From Jimgerdemannia flammicorona (lineage: Eukaryota), in the NCBI GenBank assembly GCA_003990765.1, contig RBNJ01000321.1, positions 1 through 33,178 on the forward strand: 33,178 bases of DNA, written 5' to 3'. The notes beneath the pieces were generated by a model. That model saw nothing but the letters and a program-made list of their open reading frames with translations, did not search any database and had not been told where the DNA came from. A program made the position numbers and the translations under genes. This document shows positions 23,650-33,178 of the stretch, piece by piece (position 1 is the stretch's first letter; each line of letters starts with the position of its first letter).

Positions 23650-23988
23650 TCTAAAGTATGTTTGCTGTTTACAGTTGCATGATGGGTACCAGTTTACTAC
23701 CCGTGTATATTTATTCATCTATCCTCTGTCCACAATTGATCATTGGCTATTGCACACCACCTCACTGCTCTCTCGCTGCCCCCCAGCTCACTGACTCCTG
23801 TTCCAGGCCCCACAGTTCCTGGCTTTTCCTGCTGCTTGCTGCCTCCCTCCAACTCCCTGCCCCCTAGTTCACTGCCCCCCCAGCTTGTTTCCCAGTTCGC
23901 CACTCTCTAGCTTACCACTTCCTAGCCACTTTCCAGCTCTCAGCCTCCCACTCAAGCTCCCAGTCCCCACCATCATCAAATATTCAAA

Positions 23989-26337
23989 ATGTCTAAAGAT
24001 CAAGAAGTGTATTTAGGAGAAATCTCAGAACCATCGAATAATATATTGGAGAATATATTGGAGGATATATCAGATATCTCCACCAGTTTGTTATCACCAA
24101 CAAGCATGAGAATAAAAATAAAAACAAAATCTGGTGATAGCTGGGTGTGGAATCATGCCACAAAGGTAGTTTTATACATTGTACTAATGGTTGCATTCAT
24201 AGGGGTGATTGGTCTCATCAGTTGTAAGAATGGGTGGTCAGTTGTAAGTGGTTGAGGTTCTAATATAGTTTCATATCTCTCTATTCAAATAGAATTTACA
24301 AAGTAAGCTCATCAGTTGCAACCATTGCACAACTTGGAGCTATATATTGAAGGATGGCAATATCAATAATCTTAAATGACATCTCTGGAAGTATCACAAT
24401 ATTATGCTCTTACCTCTCCAGCATGCTGAGAATTCTTGCTGGTCTAAGAAAGATGATATTGTGAGTATGGATAGAATGGAATTCGGGAAGTACTTAGGAG
24501 GTTATTAGAAAAATAATTCATCAAATTTTATTATTACAAATAAGAATACACTAGCAAGACTTTAAGTGATGAAAATTTCTGTTGGTTAATTGCCAACTTT
24601 ATTGTCACTAGATATCAGCTATTCTCTACTATTGAAAATGCTGGCTTCAAGTATCTCCTTCATATATTATACCCTGATCTGGTTCTTCCATCAGCTGATA
24701 TGATTTCATGAGTTATTTAAAAGAAATTCAAACTATTGTAGACTCAAGTGAAAGTAAGGCTAGCAGGGCTCAAGTCAAAGGTGTCACTTACACTTGATTG
24801 TTGGACATCAGATGTTAACATCAAGGCCTTTCTTGGAATAACAGCCAATTGGATTGACAGTGATTGGAAGATACATGACATTATCTTAGACTTTGTGAAT
24901 ATCAGCGAAATAACACACACAGGTGCCAATCTTGCGAAAAGTCTGGAGCTGGTAATAGATGATTTATTGCCTAGTGATAATCAAATCATTGCTGTTGTGT
25001 GTGACAATGCTAGTAACAACAATACTCTGTTTGAGAATCTCCATCATCCGCTTGCTCATGTATACTGTTTCGGGCATGTATTGAATCTCATCATTCATGA
25101 TGCTCTTGGTTCTCTTAGTGAGTCTATTGGAAAGCTATGGGAGTTAATAAAGAAGATCAAAAATTCATCACAATGATAAGCACAACTAGCAAAGGTCTAT
25201 AAATCCTCCAGAATTCCCATTTTGAAGCCTCTCTTAGATGTTACAATAAGATGAAGTTCTATATATGAAATGTTAGCATGTGCTCTGGAGATTTATAAGG
25301 TAAGATTTTGAATCTATTTATATAGATTTTGGAATATGATTCAGAAGTATTTTGGTACTAAATAAATTAATATTAGAGCTTGGATATATTGTGTACTATG
25401 GATAAGCAAATGAGCGATATATCTGAAGATACATAGCAACAATTTGAATTGATTTGCCAATTTCTTGAGCCTTTTGCCAAAGTGACAACCATGATATCAG
25501 CTTCGAAGTATCCTACAATAGCGGCTGTTATCCCACCATTTAATCAGCTATGTGATCATCTCAAAGATATCATCAATATATATCAAACTGGTGAATATTT
25601 TAATCAGGTATATATATGATTTTGAAAGTAATTTTATTTGTGAATTTAGGAACTAATTTAGTAAGTAATTGGGAAGTAATATGTGAATATTTTTATTTTT
25701 TATAGATAATGCTTACTACTGCTAAGAATGTATGTATGAAACTTCTAAAGTATTACTGCAAGATGACACCATTATACAGCATAGCTTTGGTTTTAGATCT
25801 ATGTATCAACATGCATTATTTCCATAATGAGCAATGGAAAAAATTCTTAATTGATGAATGGAAGAATCAGATGGAACATATCTGGGAAAAGGAGTATAAG
25901 CCTGTTAATGCTGTCATTATACCCTCAATATCTCATGATGCCAATGATTTTATCAACTCAATATATAAGAAGAAACAGCATATTGATGTGGATGATAAGC
26001 TTGAATAGTGGGTGTTTTTTTTATGTTTTTTGGTTGGCTTGGTTAATTTTCACTCATATTTCTCCGTTTTAGTTATTTGTCAGAGAATCTAGCTGATCCT
26101 TGTATAGATATACTGGATTGGTGGCAGTGAAATCAGTTGGTATATCCTAATCTTTCATGAATAGCTTGTGATTATCTTGCTATTTCAGTGACATCTGTTC
26201 TATCTGAACATATTTTTTCTATTGTTGGTGAGCTAGTGACTGAACATCAAAACAGCTTGTGTGTAAATACAATTCATGTATGTATGTGTTTGGATTCTTG
26301 GTGGTCTTCAGATATTTTTCACTTTCAATTGCTCTAA
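23989..26337 (+). pseudogene. hAT transposase, 5 predicted introns
   Basis: BED finger SWVWNH..CNHC..NLK*HLWKYH, then SLTLDCWTS, CDNASNN, CFGHVLNL, DVTIR*SS, FLEPF, LDWW..YPNLS, SVLSEHIFS. Introns at ~24166-24292, 24461-~24543 (acceptor apparently mutated), 25300-25376, 25608-25705 and ~26009-26072. Confidence 0.93.
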
Positions 26338-26344
26338 ATCATTT

Positions 26345-26715
26345 TTTCAGGGCAGAGTTCAAAGGGTCAGATTCAGGGTCAGGTTCAGAGGTCGAGTTCA
26401 GGGTCAGGTTCAGGAGTCGGGTTCAGGTTTAGGTTAAGAGTAAATAATGGATCAGGTGACATATATTTCCAGGTTGGGTTAAAGATGGGTTATGTTTAAT
26501 TCCAGGTCAGGTTAAAGATGGGTAATGTATCTTTCCAGGTCAGGTTAAAGATGGGTGATATACAATTCTGGGTCAGATTAAAGACAGGTGATATATAATT
26601 CCAGGTTGGGTTAAAGACAGGTGACATATAATTTCAGGTTGGGTTAAAGATGGGTGATGTCTAATTCCGGGTTGGCTGTTTTACAGGTTAGGTTTCAGGT
26701 TAATCGGGTTGGGTT
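26345..26715 (-). repeat. Right subterminal arrays: ~12-bp GGGTCAGGTTCA repeats and the 33-bp array in inverted orientation
   Basis: 26455-26675 is the reverse complement of the left 33-bp unit (AAGATGGGTGAYATATAATTCCAGGTYRGGTTA). Confidence 0.9.
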
Positions 26716-27474
26716 TGCAGAGCACTAGTCAGAAGGTATGATGTGGTATTTCTTCAGGATATTCAAGCCTATAGTAAGCAAGATTATATGGAATGGAGTA
26801 AAGAATGGTATGGCAGTATAGGTTGGAATGAGCAGGTGGGCATCTTGGTTGGCTTGGGGAGAGATGAGCTGATAGAGATTGAGATTTATGGTGATTGATT
26901 GGATTGGGAGAGATTAAAAGGAGGAGCTAGTGATGGGCTTATTGTAGGCTCTGCTTACTTGCCAGTAGTTGGCAGAGAGCAAAACCAATAGATGGAGGAC
27001 TGGCTGACTTGGAGAGACTGAGAGGGGATTGGACTGGACATTCTGGGGGGGGACTTCAATATAGTACATGATAGGATACTAGATAGATCTAATGGTGGGG
27101 TGGGTGTAGCTATATCAGCAGAACTCTCATAATGGCTACAGATTGAGAGAGATATGAGATTAGTTGATAAGGTATGGCAACATCAAGGAGAGAGGCCAGG
27201 GCCCTTTACTAGGTGGCACTCAGTTGGTGAGAACTTGGTGGGAACAAGGATTGATTGGATTCTGATAGTAGAATGCTAGGGTAATGTATTAGATTCAGTA
27301 GAAGTATGGTAGTGTTCTTGGTCAGACTACTGGGAAGTCAAGGTATATAGGAGATTTCAGGTGATTGGTGGAGGTAGAGGTCACTGACTATCTTTCACCA
27401 GTACTATTCAGATGACACAAAACTCAGACAACACTTTTCTCAATGTTTTTGGTGACAGACGACTATTGACATAG

Positions 27475-29400
27475 ATGGCAATGATCGATCTGGTGAGTGT
27501 GCTGGTTAGGGGGGTGGTAGTGCCTTTGGCTGGCAACAGGTGGGAAGGAGGGGAGATGGTTTGGGGATGCTGGGGGCCTTGATGGCTGGCCGAGGCACTG
27601 GTGGTAGTGGGAGGGGCAGCTTGCAGCAGTGAGGAGGGGAGAGATCAACCTTTGCAGACAAGGTCAAGATGGAGAGGATGGCCTTGGGTTTGGATAGCTG
27701 GCTGGGCCTGGGGAAGGCGTCGATGGCTGCTGCTGGGGGTCAGGGAGGAGTGCCCAGGGGAGATCTGATAGTAGGGAAGGGGGGGGAGTAGGGGCTGGTG
27801 ATGTGACTGTTGATAGGACTGTGACTGGGGATCTGGCAAAAAATCCAGATGTGATGGCAGTTGATAGATCAGGACAGGGGGTGGGCATGAGGCCCAGGGA
27901 CCTGGTGGATGGGGTGACAGGCATGGTGTCGGTATCATTACTCAAGAAATTACGGTCAGAATTCACCATCATATTGTGCTTCAGGGGCTTAGTAGTGACT
28001 GCAAGGATGATCTTGGAGCTAGTGGTGCAGGAGGTGAAGGGGGCAGTGTCAGTGAAGTTTTTGAAGGGGAAGGAAGGGGTTAAGGTGGAATTTGAGAAGT
28101 AGGAAGCATTGTTGGCTGCCATGGAGAAGGGGGTGATAGTGGGTAGAGTGGTGGTCCCTATGGTCAGATGCATGTGCTGGGACCCCTGAGTAGTACAGTT
28201 GATAGTGTTGGATCTTCCTATAGTGTCAAGGGAGAGGGCCAGGGAGTTGATTGTAGGGGCGGTCAAGGAGTATGGGGAGATTGTGGATATTGAGTTCAAG
28301 GTCTGGGAAGGAACGGAGCTCCGGACTGGTGACATGGATGTCTGGGTGAGGCTGGCTGGAAAGGAGAATACAGGAAAGACAAGAGATTGGCCAGCAACTC
28401 TGAGGTGGGGACAGATAGAGTGCAAGGTCATGTGAGTGAAGGGGACTCTGGAAGAGGAGGAAGATTTGCTTGAGGCTCTCAAGGACCTGGAGGGGGCAGT
28501 CAAGAGGAGGAGATTGGCTTGGCAAGAGTTCGAAGTGAAGAGAGTGGTGGAAGTAGTTGAGGGGAAGAGGACCAGGGTGGACAAGGTGGCCTGAGAGAAG
28601 ATGCAAGGGAGAAGGATCCAGAAGGAGCTGCTGGCAAAGTTGGGGGGCAGTAGGGCTAGCAGTAGTGCAGGGGATGGGAGTGCAGGCCTGCAGGTGAGTG
28701 ACTGGGTGGGGGGAAGTGAGATGACCCAAGGTGGAGCCCAGGTTGGACTGAGGAAGGAGGAGCAGGGCAGTGTAGAGGTGGATACAGAGATGAGTAAAGA
28801 AGTTCAACCACAGTACAGTGTCCCAGGGGGGGCTGGGGGTGAGGAGGAGTTACTGGATGTCCTGGATGAGGAGTGGGATGAGTCGGTAAGGAGGAGTGCT
28901 CTGGTGGATCCAGGGGTGGGGGATGGTCAGGTCACCCAGGGTTTGGTGGAGGCAGTAGATGAGGAAAAGTGACTTTGGAAGACTTTGGAAGGGGTAGCAG
29001 CAGAGGAGCTGGGGGGAGAGGACTTCCTGGTTATGGAGGAAAGGAATTGGGAGGAAATCCTTCATAGGGAGGAGGTGCCAAGAAAGGTTAGGAATGAGAT
29101 CCTTATAGTACTATTGGAATTCGTTGAATATCAGGTCGATGATCAGCGAGAGGAGGAACTCCAGGTAATTGTGAATGACAGGATAGCTTACTTGTGGGGA
29201 TCGAGGAAGGGATTGGAGAAGTGGAGAGTGGTCTGCATAGATTATTAGGCAGAGATAGAAGTGGTGGATGGGGTGAAATGTCAGGAAATCCTGGAGGCAT
29301 TGGATGCTCAGGCTGTTGCAGAGGGGGACTTGGAAGTGGAGTGGCAATTGGATCTGGCTGGGGATGAGATGAGCATGGAATACTAGGCTGGGTTATCACA
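27475..29400 (+). pseudogene. LINE ORF1 (RRM-like central region, acidic helical C-terminus)
   Basis: IVLDLPIVSRERARELIVGAVKEYGEIVDIEFKVWEGTELRTGDMDVWVRL is homologous to 16443-16652 and 1463-1660. Its position is upstream of ORF2. Boundaries are approximate. Confidence 0.75.
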
Positions 29401-29417
29401 TTCGAATATTATTCAAT

Positions 29418-32400
29418 ATGAACAGTACAACAAGAATATTCTCTTTGAATATGAATGGGTTGAGAGGGGCAGCTTGGCAGAAGTTCATATTTGGTTAGCT
29501 CAAGGGGCTGGTTGCAGATCTCTTTTTACTTCAGGATGTACATTGTGAGGCAGAAGTAGACTTTCAGGATTGGACTAGGGAGTGGGGGGGAGTAGCAGTG
29601 TGGTTTGGGCAGGTGGGTATCTTAGTGCAGAAGGGGATGGTGGACATTGGGGATATAGGACATTGGGGGAGTCAGTTGGTGTAGGGGGTATGGAAGAGAC
29701 CTGGTTGGAGCCCTCTGACAGTTGGGTCATGCTACTACCCAGCAGCGAGGGGGGAGTGGGTGGACTGGATCAGGGATTTGCAAGAGGCAAGTGTTATGGT
29801 TGAGGCTGAGATCAAATGCCTGGGGGGGGGATTTCAATATAGTGAGGGATAATGTAATGGACCAGACTGATGGTGGGAGAGAGATGAAGGGCCAAAGTGG
29901 TGGGTTGGATAGTTGGATGGAGATGGAGAGATTGGGCTCTCTGGTGGATTTGGGGAGACAGTTCTGGGAGGATTATCAAATTTATACTCACTGGGCAGCT
30001 GGACTGGGTTCTAGAATCGACTAGATACTGATGGCAGAATGCTAGGGAGTAGATGTCTGGGCCATGCTGGAGGTGGTGTGGTGCCTATGGTCAGATCACT
30101 GGGGTCTGCTTGGGGGGGGGAGGTTCAAGGGAAGTGGGGATGGGCCTGGACATTGGTGGCTCAATTCCTCCTTGTTGGAGGATAGAGATTTATGGGCTAA
30201 CTGGGAGACAGAGGTTGTTAGAAAAATCAGTCAATGGTGGGAGCAGGGTCTGACAATGGGAGATCATTGAAGAAGGCTGAAATCGAGTGCTCAGGGATAT
30301 TGGAGAGAGGCAGGGAAAGAGAGGAGTGCTCAATGGTGGCAGAGAGTGTGCTGGGCCCCACAGTGGCTGGAGATGCTCCTGGAGAGATGGGCAGGAGTGC
30401 TAGATGATAGAGAGGTAGTAGATTGGTACACTGCCAGGATTCAGAAGGAAGTCAGGGAACTTAAGGAGGTGCTACGATTGAAGGAAGAGGCTAAATTGAA
30501 GAGTATAGTGGTAAGGTTGAGGTGGCAAGGATTGGAGGAAGGGGAGTGACCCACTCGGTTTTTATCACAGATGTTACAAGTGCAGAGAACTAAGCAGCAG
30601 TGGGATGGCATCTTGGATGAGGATGTGGAGATGGTGGTGGGGACTCCAGCAATTCTGGGATTGCTAAGATCCCATTGTGGAGATCTATGGAGTGAGGAAG
30701 AAGGGGGTGGAGATGCCTTAGACATTGAATGGCAGTTGGAGGGTTGGCATCCGAACCCAGCAATGGGTCTAGAGGCTCTGGGGGACTGAGTGCAAGGGGA
30801 GGAGGTGTGCAAGGTTCTGGCTTCAATGAGTAAGGGGATGGTACCAGGAGAGGATGGGCTTCTCTGGGATTTTTGAAAAAAGATGACTAAGATGGAGGTG
30901 GTGTTGGAGGAGTTGACAGGGATGTATGATGAGGTTCTTCAGTCCGGAACTTGGATTGGGGGCCAGTGGCTAGGGCTAGTCTCTTTGCTCTTCAAGGATA
31001 AGGGAAGAAGAGAAGATTGGAAGAACTGGTGTCTGATCATGCTCCTTGATATGGACTGCAAGCAGGTTACAAAGGTCTTGGTGACTAGGCTGCAGAGGAT
31101 TGCTCAACAAGTGCTGGGGGTTGAGCAGTGAGGTTTTGTTGGTGGTAGATTGATTCGAGATAGGACAGCCTGGGTCCATGGAGTGATTGAAGAGGCTTGG
31201 GCTGCTGGGGTTAATGGCTGACTAGTGTTTCTAGATCAGGAGAAGGCATATGATAGAGTGTAGAGGATCTGGCTAGAAGGGGTGCTGAAGAGGGTGGGTG
31301 TTTTGCCAGGGTTCTGGAGGTCATTAATCAGTCTTTTGGAGGACAGTCAGGCAACCTTGGTGGTCAATAGACACAGGGGTGTCACCTTCCCTCTGAGTCA
31401 TGGGGTGCCACAGGGGGATCCTTTGTCACCTATCTTGTATGCCCTTTCCTTGGAGCTCCTACTGGACAGGATCAGGTATAGAATTGGGGTTTGGACATTC
31501 TGGAGATTAATTGGAAAGTGAGGGCCTTTGCGGACAATATGGTAGTTGGATTGGGTTCATTGGCAGATGTGGAGGAATTATGGCAGACAGTAGAATGGTA
31601 TGAGAGGGGCTCTGGTACTAGGCTGATTTGACACAAATGCAAGACTATGGTGTTGGGTGGAGGAATAGTTGGTGGCAACATGATTAGGATGGTGGTGCCA
31701 GCAGGGGATCCCGTTCGCTATCTAGGAATCTACTTTTCTATATATGGGTCTCTCCTTCCTCATGCTTGGTGGGAACAGCGACTCCTAATATGGGGGGATG
31801 TACTTTTATGGTGGGGCAGTCAGCACATTTCCTTGGCAGGAAGGGTGATGGTGCTGAATGTGTATTGGTTGCCAAAGTTGTGATATGTGGGGTACCATTT
31901 GAACTTCCCAGCATGGGTAGTCAGGTACCTTCTAAAGATAGCAAGGACATGGATCTGGGCTGGATGGTGGAGTCAGATTGGATGGGAGGTACTGACTCTA
32001 CCTGTGGATGGCGGCGGATTGGGCTTGGTGGACTTCCCCAAATGCCTTCATTGCTTGTGAGCATGGTGGCTGAAGAGGGTGAGTGAGTTAAGGGATCAGG
32101 AGTGGGTACCACTCATGCAAAGGGTGTGGGAGGTCCAGTATTCCCCCTGTGGTACATCTGGCAATCTGCTTATGATGGTGGCCCTGGATGGGAGGGAGAG
32201 GATGTGATATAGGGGCTTTTAGTGGGGGGTGGTGGATGGTGCCTGGTGAATTGGTCTGCGATGATAGGGCAATGAGGGTGAGGGAGATTGGGGCCTACAG
32301 ATGTGAAGATGGGACAGGCTTCTGTTAGGTGGCACTTTGGTGGAGGACTTTTGGCTTAGCAATAGTATGGAGTGCTTGTGGGGCTTAGGGGGGGACCTGT

Positions 32401-33016
32401 TGCCTATGGCATGGCAGAGGGTGGGGATTAGCGAGGGGTGAGACTGGAATGGGCTTTGGCCTTGGAGAAAGCAGGTGATGTAGTGACTTCTCCCCAAGTT
32501 CTGGGTGGTGTGGTGGTGGTTTCTAAGGCAGAATGTGATGTTGAACTTTTGGTCTGGGCACTTGGTGGCAGATGGCCAGTATGAGTGTGAGGAATATTTG
32601 GATGTTAGACAGCAAGGGGGAGTGATTCAAATGTCTGAACATTGGCTTGGTGAGTGTGACATTCTGGGTGTTTTTTGGCATCGCATTGCAGACAGGTTAG
32701 GGCTGCATGCACTGGTTGAAGGGGAAGGGGGAAGATGGGGAGAGCTCCACCGCAGGTTAGTGGGGGGGGGGTTGGTGATGAATGGCTGACCCTGGGTTGG
32801 GCTCTGGCACTTTGGGTGGGGCTAGCCAGACATTGGCTTTATGTATTTGAGGAGAGTAGACAGATAAGGATTGAGGATAGGGTGGTATGGTGGAAATGGC
32901 TGTTATTGGACATTTTGAATAGCTGGTGGCAGGGGTGGGGACCTGGAGAGGGTAGATGCCAGGAATTAGTGAAGTATATGTGCTGGAAAAGTGGAGGTCC
33001 GGGTGGTGGTGACTAG
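29418..33016 (+). pseudogene. LINE ORF2: APE endonuclease, reverse transcriptase, C-terminal Cys/His motif
   Basis: MNSTTRIFSLNMNG, LLQDVH, GGDFN, SRID, SDH, HWWLNSSLL, PGEDGL, LDQEKAYD, GVPQGDPLSPILY, AFADN, VRYLGI, CEEY..EHWLGEC. Many stops and some frameshifts are present. Confidence 0.93.
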
Positions 33017-33145
33017 GTCATCTTCCAACAGAGAGGAGTAGAGGGAAGTAAGAGAGATCCAAGGGGTATTGGGTGAGGGGGTGGGGTAGTATTGTATTAT
33101 TAATGTAGATTGTCGATTGCAGTAATAAAGGGAAGTCCAAGTGAC

Positions 33146-33178
<33 letters not shown>

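Larger units (their letters stand above)
20754..26727 (+). mobile_element. hAT-superfamily DNA transposon, 5974 bp
   Basis: Ends TAGTGC..AACCCAA / TTGGGTT..GCACTA. 8-bp TSD GTCAGGAG (20746-20753) / GTCAGAAG (26728-26735). Removing it restores the LINE EN frame. It contains an internal hAT transposase. Confidence 0.93.
18594..27387 (+). mobile_element. LINE-C (5'UTR, ORF1 to ~20643, endonuclease 20656-20753 plus 26736-27387), split by the hAT element
   Basis: ORF1 is homologous to 1435-2541. EN reads LLNING...LKVRR|YDVVFLQD across the hAT insertion, then GGDFN, TRIDWIL and SDY. Confidence 0.85.
27388..33178 (+). mobile_element. LINE-A2, apparently full-length degenerate L1/Tx1-like element (~5.8 kb)
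   Basis: Short 5'UTR, ORF1, ORF2, then AATAAAGGGAAGTCCAAGTGACTAT and poly(A) at 33149-33178. Confidence 0.93.

Noticed and set aside
27664..28584. 306-aa antisense ORF (and similar ones at 1361-1957, 2916-3200, 16439-16816 and 19228-19656)
   Set aside because: These are shadows of G/A-rich LINE ORF1. The C/T-rich strand is poor in stop codons, and the products are low-complexity S/T/P/L.

Overview
This is eukaryotic, most likely fungal, transposon-graveyard DNA with no host gene. The evidence is short GT-AG introns, a chromovirus, strong CpG depletion and transition-only decay. Almost every base belongs to a nest of mobile elements. (1) Five L1/Tx1-like LINE segments lie on the + strand: a 3' end at ~1153-1434, an ORF1 fragment at 1435-2541, LINE-A1 at 2542-~18593, LINE-C at ~18594-27387 and a full-length LINE-A2 at 27388-33178. 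Each appears inserted into another LINE. (2) A complete minus-strand Ty3/Gypsy chromovirus (3186-16262, TSD ATTAT) has a dUTPase fused in frame between the Gag zinc knuckle and the protease, plus an unknown 273-codon extra ORF in the env position. It is itself interrupted by a younger 5'-truncated LINE (7166-9930) and by a ~1.2 kb non-autonomous poly(A) retroposon (14957-16159, second copy at 1-~1156). (3) A ~6 kb hAT DNA transposon (20754-26727, 8-bp TSD, inverted 33-bp subterminal arrays) carries a 5-intron transposase pseudogene, a divergently oriented intron-containing cargo gene of unknown function, and a double-palindrome structure between them. All coding regions are degenerate. Domain calls come from manual translation and motif recognition, not database searches.
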